Below are positions 10,965 to 21,970 of a stretch of 62,225 bases of DNA, in pieces. The stretch is from contig NIVC01004060.1 in the NCBI GenBank assembly GCA_002269645.1, forward strand, positions 1 through 62,225, in the 5' to 3' direction. The notes under the pieces were generated by a model that saw only the letters and a program-made list of their open reading frames with translations, was not told where the DNA came from and ran no database searches. The position numbers were made by a program, and so were the translations under genes. The first letter of the stretch is position 1, and every line of letters starts with the position of its first letter. Source of the stretch: Macrostomum lignano (taxonomy: Eukaryota).

Positions 10965-11630
10965 TCAGAAGTGTTTAAGGACGTCAATGCGAGACTGGTA
11001 TGAGCCGACGAGCAGGCGGCGGTAGGCGGGTGGAAGTTGTTTCACTTGGTTGCGGAGGTGTTCGTGGAGGGGGAAACCCCTAGTAACCCTCCACGTATGG
11101 TGGAAGGCCATTTGGGCGAGGTGGGCAAGGCTGGGTGGGGAGAAGGGCGGCTTGGCGAGTGAGCCGATGTCGGCGGCGACGCAGGAGCGGCGAGCTTCGT
11201 TGTCCGTAGCCAGGTGTTCTGGGCGTGTGCCCGCAACCACCAACTCCAAGTGGAGGAGGAGGGGTGCGAGCTCCTGGTACTCCAAGACGACCTTCCAGAC
11301 AGGGGTGCGTAGACGCGGCAACCTCGTCAGGAAGCGGGCCACCAGGTAGAGTGCCGTTGGCTTGTCATTCGAGCCTTTCAGGATGTAGATTATCGTATTC
11401 TGAATGGCGCGCTCAGATCTTCGGATGGTGTTTGCCGGGAGTAGGGCATACCATGACATCAGGCCATCTAAGACCCGTAGGTCGCCCTTGTTCAACCGCG
11501 CCAGTTCCTCCTCGTCGTCCCATTCGAACACGGTGTCTCCACAGGCCAAGTCGATGAGTCGGGCAACGGCTGGGTAATCGTAGCAAAGATGGTAATAGGG
11601 GAAGGGTGGTTGAAGATAGGGCTGGACAAA
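10965..11630 (-). CDS. Orphan protein with a C-terminal SOCS-box-like motif
   Basis: PPSLAHLAQMAF (BC-box-like) followed by QLPPAYRRLL (cullin-box-like). The frame is open from a ttttag acceptor at 11631 with no initiating ATG. A diverged paralog at 23014-23236 supports coding status. Confidence 0.55.
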   Translation of the reverse strand, partial: FVQPYLQPPFPYYHLCYDYPAVARLIDLACGDTVFEWDDEEELARLNKGDLRVLDGLMSWYALLPANTIRRSERAIQNTIIYILKGSNDKPTALYLVARFLTRLPRLRTPVWKVVLEYQELAPLLLHLELVVAGTRPEHLATDNEARRSCVAADIGSLAKPPFSPPSLAHLAQMAFHHTWRVTRGFPLHEHLRNQVKQLPPAYRRLLVGSYQSRIDVLKHF

Positions 11631-13814
11631 CTAAAATCGTGAGGATCAACCTCCGGGATTAAGCGAAAGGTGCAGAGGGGATTGGAATTGGGCCTAACGA
11701 AAGGTGGTGGAGATGGTCAGGTAGGTTGGAGATAGGTAGCCATAGGGGTTCACGGTCTCGAAGCTGGGAACAAAAAGCGGCATAACTCGTCGGGGAATAC
11801 ATGTCGGTGGACGGCTCTAGAGAGTGGAAAATTAGGATATGAAACTAGTGGATGGCTGGTGTAGTAAGACTAGGAGCTTTGGAAGGGGAGCAATGAGGGG
11901 GGGACGGAAGATCGGTCTTTATTACGAGGCGCTGTGGGGGATGGGGAACCGCAGACATCCTGACTGAAGAGGCTAAGAAGTGGAATTTGTGATGATTCAA
12001 CAGACGCTAGACACTGGGCAGAACCGGCAGTTGACTGCCACGGAGAGACCCCCAGCATAAACAAAGAATGGGGAGGAGGTAGGAGAGTGCCAGCATTTGG
12101 AGGCGAAATCCATCCTACTTCCCAAGGTCCATCGATGAGGGGGATGCCTGCCGGGTGGTAGCATGTTAGCTGGGTTTACTGGCGTGTGACTGGCGGCGGC
12201 GTTACGTCAATCGAATAGTTACAGGCGCGGAGCCTCTGTGTGCTGGAGCGGATCCAGGCTTATTGCGTGGGGGCTAGATCATCCCTGAAAGCAGAACAAT
12301 ACAAAGCATGGGGTCTGACCCATTGGGACGAATCCAGGTTGACTGACAAAGGGCTGTGTTGGCCGTTTAAACAATAGATAATACCGTTAGTAGAACGTGC
12401 CTGCGTAAGATGCTGAGTGGAGTGGCGCAACGAATTCGGCAATTGGGCTGGAGGCATATGTTCTTGCAGGTAGGAAGTGGGGTGCTTGTCGGTGTCTACA
12501 GGATAGAGGGAACGAAAGTAATCGATTGGGTGCCTAATTAGGAAGAGGGGGAGGCACCCTAGAATTGGATGGGCAGATAGGCTGAAAGGGGAGCGCGGGT
12601 AACAAAGCGCGGGGGGGGCCAAGTGGGAAGCTCGATGCACGAATATCGAGCGATGTCTGAGGGGGCAGAGAGGCTGGGAAGGAATGTCCCGTGCCGATCT
12701 GTGTACTTCAGCGAAAGCCAAAAGTCAGTATTCGACGAAGACAGACCAGACTGTACTGTTAAAGTAGACTTCTGGGGAAGGATGGATCGAAAGGGGATAG
12801 TCCAAAGGGTGAGAGCGGCCGTGGGACGAGAAAGGGCTGCACTGTCCAGGCATTCCAGAACTTCTAAATGTCAGCCGTAGCCCCCAAAAGGACGAGGTGG
12901 CTGATGCACTATCCAGCAACAAGTCTACAGCAAATGTCAGAGGAGTGCCTTTCGCCCAAGCGCAAATGTCAAGCCTGCAATTCAGTGCAATTCCTCCGTC
13001 CCGGGGAAAGTTCTAAGGAAGCTGTTAAGATGGCGCATGAGTCTACACAGGCATCGTAATACAAAGGTGTTTGTGACATGAAGCAACGATACAAAGAAAG
13101 AAGAAAATGTTTTTGTTTTTCATTTTTTGAATAGAGTGGTGCGCACATTTTTGTGGTTTTGTAAATATTTCAATGTTTTAATTTTAAAATTTTTTAATTT
13201 TTTATGTGATGACCTCAGGGATATCCTACACGCCCATAGCTAAGCTCAGTTGCTGTTTACCCCAACATGCAGTGGGGTGCCATGTTGGGAGCAGAACACG
13301 GCAGGAAAAAACGGTCAGGGAACCAATGTAATACTTTTAATTGTTGTTTCAGCTCTCTTTCGGATCTGCGTCCGAGTATTCTAAGATTAAACAATGAGCG
13401 GCAAGTCCGACTGTGTTTTCCTGCGGTGTTAAACCTTCTCTTGAGATGGTATATTTCCAATCTAAATCACTGATGGAGTTCACGTAAATACAAAGGATGT
13501 AAGCTTCTTAAGTACGAAGTATGAAGCAGTCAGAAACGGAAAATATCGATACTTATCAGTACTCTCGGCTGATCTGGTGTTCGAGGCTATGCCTGTATTG
13601 CTTGTCGATCGGGTGTGAACTGTAGATTTGATTGGTTTGGTTTCTATCAATGTCTTTAATTATTTTGCCAATGAGTCGGAAGTAGAGGAAATGGATAAAG
13701 GGTCTGTGAGCTGGCTAGAGTGTAAGAAGTACAAGGGGAGTTCCAAGAGAGGTCTAAGGACTGCTTCGTACTTTCGTGCATTGAAATACAGCGCGATGTT
13801 AGGCTGCTATTGGC

Positions 13815-14807
13815 TGATGTGTTCCTTATTACCAGTCTTTTGATAATCAAGGAACCACCACTTCTAGCTATTTAGCTAGGCAACCCAGTTATCAACAAGG
13901 TATTACTTACCTCGACTTTCCTCAGAGATATCTCTTCTTAATTCGCGCGGTAGATTCTCGTTGATCTCGTCTGTAGATCCTTCGGCGATCTCGTAGATCA
14001 GGTTCTGTGTGTCTCCTGTTTCGGGCCCTTTGCTTCTTTTTTACTTCCGATGAAGTAACTTCCGGTCGGTAATGTAGTCAGGGCCAATCAGATTCTTCTT
14101 GTCGACAATGGGATCCCTGCGCCAAATATAGCGGTTTCTCTTAAGCCTTCTTCTTCTAGTGGTGCTTCTCTGCACTCTACTAGGTATGCTCCGGATATCG
14201 CTAGTAGGTCCTCTGCGATCTACTAGGGTAGTCCTTCGGGAGACTACGACCACAGGAGTCTCAACAGACTCAAAAGTCTCAATAGACTTAATTAAACTCA
14301 AGTCTCAACAGACAAGAGCGAGCCGGCTCTAACAACAATAGGCGCAATTAAGAAAGGCTTACCGCAACTATCAGACCAAGTCTTAGTTGACTGGTTAACT
14401 AGTATGTCGTTCTATCGACACACTCTTCGGAGCGCTCCTCTTCCGTGGGGAGAATGACTCCGGTGCCGCTCTGGGCCACTTATATTTATAGGCATTTTGT
14501 CCATGAGTCACGTGTTGCGCTGTAAGGTGAAATAAGATTGATTGTGGTTAAATATAGTAACATGACTCATGCTGTTACTATAAATAGTAACATGAATCAT
14601 TCTGATGCTATAAATAGTAACATGAATCACTATGTCGCCATATGTTGCAACATGATTCATCCGCTATAAATAGCCACATGATTCATATGCTATAAATAGC
14701 AACTTACATCATTTTCTATCTTAAGTGCGCATGCATGCACTTGCTTACTTACAGTAGTATCTATGATTTTTACTTTTTACTTTTATCGGGAGGTAGAACA
14801 CTCTACA
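13815..14807 (-). mobile_element. Solo LTR copy A (subfamily 1), 993 bp
   Basis: TGATGTGTTCC...AGAACACTCTACA termini; flanks TGGC/TGTC (4-bp TSD, 1 mismatch). The paralogous empty site is at ~23675-23700. TATA box (CCTATAAATA) on the minus strand. Confidence 0.85.
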
Positions 14808-14924
14808 TGTCCTGCGTTTAGCGAACCAGCAGATGAAAGTGCATAGATGGAGTTTTGTGCTAAAACGCATGCGGTGGAAATGGCTACATTTCAAAAGTTA
14901 GTTACGTATTACAAATAACTTAAA

Positions 14925-16289
14925 TTACCTGATGCATTCGAATGTGGTTTCACAGAACGTTTTTGTCGCGAATGTGACACTCATGCCATCTCGGCGCCAC
15001 AGCTCCGAGCCGCTGTATGGACTGTGTCCTTCATCTGATGTGTTCCTTATTACCCGACTTCGATAATCAAAGAACAATCACTTCTAGCTCTTTAGCTAGG
15101 CAACCCAGTAATTCAAACGAAGGTATTCAATTACCTTGACTTCTTATGAGATATCTCTCCTTGTTTGAGTCCTTTGTAGATCTCGTGTAGATCTCGATCT
15201 GTAGCTCAGGCCTGAATTCGACTCGACTTGTAGTCCTGGTCCGAGTTTCTTTTTCTTCTTTTGCCGGCCGGTATCTGTCGTTCGGACCAATAAGAAGCTT
15301 CCAAATTAACAATGGGTACCCTGCGCCAAACTGCGGTTTAATATAAGCCTACTCCTTCTAGCAGTGCCTCTATGCCTCTATGCACTCTAGGTATAGCTCC
15401 GGAAACCACTGATAGTCTTCTAAGATCTATCAGGGGCAGTCCTTCTGGAGACTGCAACCAGTAGAGTCTAAACAGACTCAGGAGTCTCAACAGACTCAAA
15501 CTAAACTCCAACGAGACGTCTCAAAACACAGGCGCAAATGAGTAAGGCTTACCGCAAGAACTCGACGAGTCTTCTGTAGGAAGTCCTGTAGTGGCTTCCT
15601 CTTCGGAGCTCTTCTCCTTCCGGAGGAATTGTTGGCTCTGAGTCCGTTCCGGACCACTTGTATTTATAGGCGTTCAGACCTCTCTCGAGGTCGTTAATCA
15701 CTGTCTTCGCAAATGTCAAAGGGTCACGATTCGGTGGCTGTCAAGCATGACAAGGTAGAAAGTTGCGCAACTAGTCTACTGTAAAAGCGCATGATTGGTT
15801 ACCGTAGCTGGTAGACTTTGATTGGTTCATCCGGGTGCAACCCGAGTGCAAACCAAATGATGACTTGAAGGTGGGGTTTGAATTGACAGTTGTTGGTCGC
15901 ACGTGATTGGGTGATTTCTAAAATTAGCATGCTCGAGATTTCTCTCTTTCTATTGGTTAATTCGAATATATGTATGGTTCAGCGCATATCCTTATACATG
16001 CTCCTCAAATTACTACTATTTAAGTAGTACGTTAACAATTTTCAATAACTTTTCTGGGAGATATAATACTCTACACATCTCGGGTGATGCCGCGAAAGAC
16101 CTCTACCGGCTTTGTGGTCTGAAAAACGAGCGGAAGCAGCTCCCGGCATGTAGAACTGGGTCTCCAGGCCAGAGTTCGCAGTCCGTTTTCGTGTTTGTTC
16201 CACTTTTCTGCCCTGCCGAAGATAATTGCGGCATCCTTGCGTTCGAGGGCCTCCTTCGAGACAATCGCAGCTTCAGGGAAGAACGCCAT
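14925..16289 (-). pseudogene. 106-aa orphan ORF split by solo LTR B
   Basis: Removing 15036-16075 plus one CATC copy joins MAFFPEAA...FRGITRD to EGHSPYSGSELW...TFECIR* in frame (214+107 = 321 nt). Confidence 0.6.
15036..16075 (-). mobile_element. Solo LTR copy B (subfamily 2), 1040 bp
   Basis: TGATGTGTTCC...ATACTCTACA termini; perfect 4-bp TSD CATC. Confidence 0.88.
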
Positions 16290-16946
16290 CTCGGTCAGCC
16301 AGGTTGCTGTTCGTGGCGGCTGTGGGACTAGTGCCTTATATAAGCCTCAGCAAATGGCATGTAGCTGTAGCCCGGATGAAAAAACAACATTCCGCATGCT
16401 TTTACCAAAATGTCAAAAGGACAACCCGCGCCCAGATTTTTTCAAATTTTGCATGCCAGTAGCAAGACGATAATTTTTTCATTTTAATGGCGAATGACAG
16501 TTGGTCTTCTAAATCCTGTAAATAGCAATGGTCTACTAATGGAAAGGGGGATGATAAATGCAGTCAAGACTGAAACAGTTGGTGCCAAGGCTGAAAATGC
16601 CACTAGGGGAACTGTGTCAGCTGTTGTATATACAAAAGTTAGTGGGATTAAAACGAAGAAGGCAGTTGAGACAAGAGATAAAGAAGATGGGGGTGATCGC
16701 TCATTCCTACAGAATCAATCAACCGCACGCTCCGTTCGATATCGGTTGGGTTGCTGGCCGTGATGAGCCACTCTGTTGTGAAGAATGAAGACGGTAAATA
16801 TAGCCAATCCTAAACAAAGAACTTCACTTTCGATATAAGCTTAGACGGCAAGGGAGCTGTATCCGAGAGGATCCACTCTAAAAAAGCGCAATCTCTATTG
16901 TATAGCAGTATCAATATAGCTTAACTTCTTAAATTTTGTTTGAGTT

Positions 16947-17533
16947 ATGAGCGAGAATCTAAATCATTTCGGACGCGCTGCTGAAGCTGTTAACGACCCT
17001 AGACGGGGCCGTTCGCGTTCGCGAAATGGACACCATATAGATACTTTATATTTTAATAGTTCGTCACAATTTCCGGAGTTTGACGAGTTTCCGGATGCCG
17101 ACTACTTAAATGAACTATGCCGGATCCCTGAAGAGGGTAAGTTTGGTACCTGCTTGGTTATGTTTTAATTTATCCTCATTGAAATAAACATCTAGTGTTG
17201 CGACTTTCCTCCGCAGATGCCATCAGTCCTGAACCGCAGGGTGATCATGGACGCTGGGCACCGTGGACGTGGGTGTCGAGTGCGTGGACGTGGGCGAGGG
17301 CCCTGTGGAATAATATATATGGCGCTGCGGGCGGAGACAGCGATGTTGAATCTAGCCTTCAAAGTGATTCTGGCGAGGATATTCTGGCGAGGATGTTCGA
17401 CCGACCGCTGCGATGCTCGAGTCTTCCGTCCTGGGCGAGGGCCGTGGGCGGCGGAAGCGCTGTGCAGTCCGACTTGGTGAGCGAGCCTTCTAGACCAAGC
17501 GAGAGCGTCGCGGGGGGGCGGCAGCCATCGTGA
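16947..17533 (+). CDS. Two-exon orphan gene antisense to gag (exons 16947-17136 and 17217-17533)
   Basis: Donor G|gtaagt at 17137 and acceptor ttcctccgcag at 17216 give an 80-nt phase-1 intron that joins ORF 16947 to ORF 17195-17533 in frame. AATAAA at ~17945. Confidence 0.55.
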
Positions 17534-17600
17534 GATTGGCTCCGTCGAGGCTCGTGTTTGTCGACAGTCACGGGATGGACCTAGCCGGAGCGAAGGCGCT

Positions 17601-17849
17601 ATGAGCGGCGACAATCCTCGCTGGTACTCATTTCTTAACCATCGTCACGCATCTCACGTCTACGCCCGACATCGCCCTCTTGATGGGCGCGGGCATGGAC
17701 GGGTGCGTAGTAACGGCGAGAATTGGGTAATCATCGCCGAAGAGCCTTCGCTTTATGGTCCATTGCGCATACTGGTTAGAGAGAATAGGCCTGGTCCGCC
17801 TATTCGACGGGCGACTTCTGACTCGTACTCGGGCCTCTGTGAATTTTAA
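17601..17849 (+). CDS. Orphan 82-aa ORF, possibly a frameshifted continuation of the spliced gene
   Basis: ATG-initiated ORF with GC-balanced coding-like composition, followed by an AT-rich 3' region. No recognisable motif. Confidence 0.3.
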   Translation: MSGDNPRWYSFLNHRHASHVYARHRPLDGRGHGRVRSNGENWVIIAEEPSLYGPLRILVRENRPGPPIRRATSDSYSGLCEF

Positions 17850-18934
17850 GCATTGTGTTTACGCGCCCGCCTAATAACTAATAACGTTACAGCCGTTACA
17901 GAGAATGCAAGCCCGTTGCATTGAGCATGTGCGAATGTATGTGAAAATAAATATTAATCGCTTTCAGTGTTACTTCAATGCGATTATAATACCGTGTTCT
18001 TAATTTGTGCAATACTTAAGTTTCTATCCAATGCTTAATACGTATTGTGGCACGGCAAACTTAGAACAGTGTTTAGATCTTACACTAGAACTAATACGGC
18101 GAGCTTAAACCTAGATGTAGTAATTTTCTCTACGAGCCTTTGAGTGAATAACAGAGTCTAAAGACCAAGACAGTTTAACGATTAAGATTAACGAGATTTC
18201 ATTTCATACATGGAGTTAGTTGAGAATGAAAAATTATACGTTTAATGAAGCAAAAACATGAGATTAGGAGATATAGAACACCAAACAAAAACACTCAAAT
18301 TTAGTCTTAGCACCAACGCGTAAATATTATAAAACTAAAAAATAATAATGGGAAAGTTAGCATCGATGGCGATAAAGTGTTAAAAATGAAGAATGGGCAA
18401 ATGACATAGCATCAAGCACACGGAAATTACATTTAAGCATTAAGCTACAATTTAAAGTAAAGTAAAGTAAAGCAGTATGAAGAGTTACAGAAGATAGGCG
18501 GCGTCTGCTGATCGCAGATACAAAAATATAAATAAAAATTTAAAAAAAATTGCACCGTGTGTTAGTACCGTTACATCAATGCCAATAGTTCAATAAATTG
18601 TGGTTCCTATCACACCAGAGCCTGGGCAGTGAGGCCTTGCATCCGCTGCGATGGAACGCTATCTAATTCTATTGACTCTCCAGTTTGATTTGGCGACTCT
18701 CGTCCCTCATTGATACTCTGCAGGGGAATCGCGTGCCATTCGCGTTGAGGGGTCGATCCGTGGGGATAGTGCAGACCTGTCTCTTGGGTTGGTTGTCCAC
18801 TTGCTGAGATTGAAGGCGACTGCGGTGGCGTTCTTGATCGAGCCGCGCGCGATGCGCTGATGTTAAAAAAAGGATGAAACAATGAAACAAAACTGGAGAA
18901 CATGAGTTGAAATATTCACATAGGCAATTTAAAC

Positions 18935-19189
18935 CTACCAAAACTTGTAGCAGCGAACAACCCACGATACTAGCGAATAGATGAACACAACAACAACTAG
19001 GGCTGTTAGCAGTCCGACTGGTTTTTCAGTGCCACTGAATGATGCGGACTGCAACTGGTGCTTTGAAGTGCGACTCAGCGGCTGTGTAGAGCCATTGAAT
19101 TTTGACTGGAGTGCCACAATAGCTCGAGTGAGTGCGCGCATCTGCTTAACCTGGTTCCTTAATGCAATGATAATCTGTTGTTGAATCAT
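18935..19189 (-). CDS. Small orphan membrane protein (84 aa)
   Basis: ATG start, N-terminal amphipathic/coiled segment and C-terminal hydrophobic stretch LLTALVVVVFIYSLVSWVV. Confidence 0.35.
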   Translation of the reverse strand: MIQQQIIIALRNQVKQMRALTRAIVALQSKFNGSTQPLSRTSKHQLQSASFSGTEKPVGLLTALVVVVFIYSLVSWVVRCYKFW

Positions 19190-19254
19190 TGTCTTGCTTT
19201 AAATGCGATTTTAGCGAAATACTCCTGTCCTACACGGCTACACTCCTAAACTTC

Positions 19255-19644
19255 TTAACACAGTGATTTAAGCGATTTTAGAGAGCGAAAGAGGTCTTTC
19301 TTATGAGATCGATAACAGGGGACGAAGAATAACAGCGGGTGTACGCTGGCGCAGGCGAGAGGCAGACTGTTGAATAATGTACATTTGTGCTGGGGGCGGG
19401 GGTGATAGGAAAAGTCGTTAAACCCACTGACTGTGAGAGGATGGGCTAGTGGATGAGAACGAGCCTCTAGCCTAAGAAGACGAAACGGACTAGCTGCAGT
19501 TAAGACAAGACGCTTAGAAGGATGGAATGATGCGAAAACTTGTAATTTTTGAACAAACTGGTATAGGGCGGGTGTGAGAGGCGAGCCTGGAAAAAGAAAG
19601 GAATCCAGATTTAAGACAAACCATACTAAGCTTATTTTTTCCAT
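19255..19644 (-). CDS. Orphan ORF, 129 aa
   Basis: ATG-initiated ORF co-oriented with gag; no recognisable domain. Confidence 0.25.
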   Translation of the reverse strand: MEKISLVWFVLNLDSFLFPGSPLTPALYQFVQKLQVFASFHPSKRLVLTAASPFRLLRLEARSHPLAHPLTVSGFNDFSYHPRPQHKCTLFNSLPLACASVHPLLFFVPCYRSHKKDLFRSLKSLKSLC

Positions 19645-20249
19645 CTGCGGACCAGTGCTAGTGCAACACGGTCTGAATTGAGAGGTGTTTGGTATTGGGA
19701 CTTCGGCGTGGAGGCAAACATAACTGATGCAGGGTGTCAGTGACTATTCCTAATAGCACATTGTTTCTGAATTTGCGCATGAACATTGAAAAGACTTCTC
19801 GAAACCAAAAGTTCTGTTGTGCTATAAGAACAAAAAAGAATCAGTTGAAGCGGACTTTCCCAGCACCCGAACACTCGCGCATTTAGCTAAAGCGTCGAAC
19901 CACATCACTATAGCAAAGCAAAAGTTAGGAATCTAGGAGAGAGTGGCCGCGAGCCTAGCAATAAAGTGGTGGGGAAAAGTGGTGGGACGAGATTAGGCAA
20001 ACGCGCCTGGGTAGGATAGAAATTCATCGTCTAGTGGCTGAGACTTCCTATTGGTTTTGCTATGCAAAAACAGGCTATGCGTGTATCCCATTGAAATAGT
20101 GCTTGGAACTTCATATTACTTTCGCCATGGAAAAACGAGCTATGGGCGTAAAAAACGCTTACTACTGGTCTCTTCCATTTTGATCATGCCGATTCCATTT
20201 GCTTTTTCTTTGTCGTCCTTGTTGTCCTCGTTTGTCTTCTTCCTCTCGA

Positions 20250-21287
20250 TCATGATGATACCAAGTTCCGGGTCCGTAAAGTCAATCTCCATGTCGTCGA
20301 TTGTGAAGACGTGCTGTTCATGTTGCTCATTTTCCCTAGTGTACGTGATGGCATTTGCGTATCGTTGCATTGCTTGTGTCGGCTGTTTTGGTGGTACTTG
20401 GCGTTGCGTGGCCTGTAGCCATCATTTCCGAAGCGCATCGTGCCTTGTTGTTGCCGATTTTGATATTGCTTCCATGGCTTTTGAGGTTTCCGACTGTTGA
20501 ATGGTGGCCTTGGCTTGTCATATCTGGTCGAACGATGAGGACAATTAATTTGATAATGGTCTTCTTGTCCGCAGTAGTAGCATCTGACTTGGGCGCGTTC
20601 ATTTCTTATTTTCTGTTCGGCGATGGCGGCTATTTGATGTTGCATTAGCTTGTTTAATTGTTGCGTCAACTTCTGCACTTCTGTGTTGCTTGCTGTCGTT
20701 AATGGGGCACTGGCTTCCCATTGCATCCCGCACCGCAAAAGGTCTTCCTCGGTTTCGATGTTCTCGCGCAAAAGTCTATCCCGAAGTGACGGCTGTGCAT
20801 TGTTTATTACGTGCAGGATGAGGTTTTGTTCTCGATCCATCTATCGTTGTCATTCTCTAGCGGCTAGTTCCGCTGCACCTAGGGGTGGTTGGTCCGCAGC
20901 TTGCAGCGTTGGCTGATGCAGTGCCTTAATTATTTGGCGGATATCATCCACAAAGGCGAGGAAGGATTCTGTTGCCTGCATCCTTCTGTTATGTAACTTG
21001 TGCAACAGCACTGATCTGTTTGTGCCACAGCGATTGAAGTGCGCGCGCAGTTGAATGAATAATCCTGGATAATTTTGCTGTGTTGCCGCATCCAGGTTGC
21101 CGTAAATTTCTCGTGCAGTACCTTGGAGAAGAGGTGGTAGCAGCTGTGCCTTCTCTGGATTTTGCAGATTGTATTCCCTGCATACCAGGTCAAAATGGTC
21201 GACAAAGGTGTTAAAATCTTTCTCCCTCGAGAAGGTACCCACTGTTTCTTTGATTTCCATATACACCGTTGGGTTGCGCCGCGCCAT
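20250..21287 (-). pseudogene. Gypsy-type Gag (copy 1) with CCHC zinc knuckle; two in-frame stops
   Basis: FSREKDFNTFVDHFDLVC..KAQLLPPLLQGTAREIY..L..HF (retrotransposon Gag capsid signature); VRCYYCGQEDHYQINC knuckle. ORFs 20850-21287 and 20250-20840 are in the same frame, separated by TGA-CAA-CGA-TAG. Confidence 0.8.
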
Positions 21288-21952
21288 GTTGTTGATGGGG
21301 TAGAAAAGTAGTTCGAGATCTGGATCGATTTGTAATGGATCGTCCAGTATGGTGTTTGCTTCGGAATAAACCTCGACTGTAACGAATTGTCTTGTAGCGT
21401 CGATCTGTTATTTGCTGGCTTCGAATGGAGTTGTGGCTTGCTGCCACTGGCTGTACTCAAATGAACTTGTTCTGTTTGCTGGTTGGCTCAGCACTTATGC
21501 GGCGTCCCGCAAAGTGTATCTTCCACTTGCGTCGAAGTGTACTTGTCTTCTTGTTTTTTTACGGACTTTTTTCTTCTTTGATTCTCTTTCTTTCGTCAAT
21601 TAACTTTGTTCTCGACGAAGTATCAATTAATTTCGGTTTTGTTTTAGTTTGCGTCGACGATTATTTACTTTCGGTTTGTTTTCAGTGTACCGACGAAGTT
21701 AATTTTTGGATTTTTTTTTAGATTTACACTTTCTCGAGTTCGTTAAAACAAAAATTAATACGCGTGCTTAAACTGTACTCAAAATTGACAGGTTCTCAAG
21801 CCTGTATACCAAAACTGTATTCGAGTTTCAAAACGTACAAAACTCGAAAAGTGTTAACTCTAACACGTGTGCGCAAAATTAATGAAGTCGCTCTCTCGTC
21901 ACTTTTACAATAGCTTGATCAGGGCTATTGCTCAAAATTTGAGTAGTGCCGA

Positions 21953-21970
21953 AAGGGCGAGTTCACCAAT
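21953..21970 (-). promoter_or_regulatory. Primer-binding-site-like sequence
   Basis: The minus strand reads ...CATCA|AT TGGTGAACTCGCCC, i.e. TGG 2 nt after the LTR end and upstream of gag. The cognate tRNA was not identified. Confidence 0.6.

Noticed and set aside
11700-13080. Continuous upstream coding region for the SOCS-box gene
   Set aside because: An ATG at 13079 opens only ~37 codons and the frames I checked hit stops; no domain could be recognised, although a decayed gene is possible.
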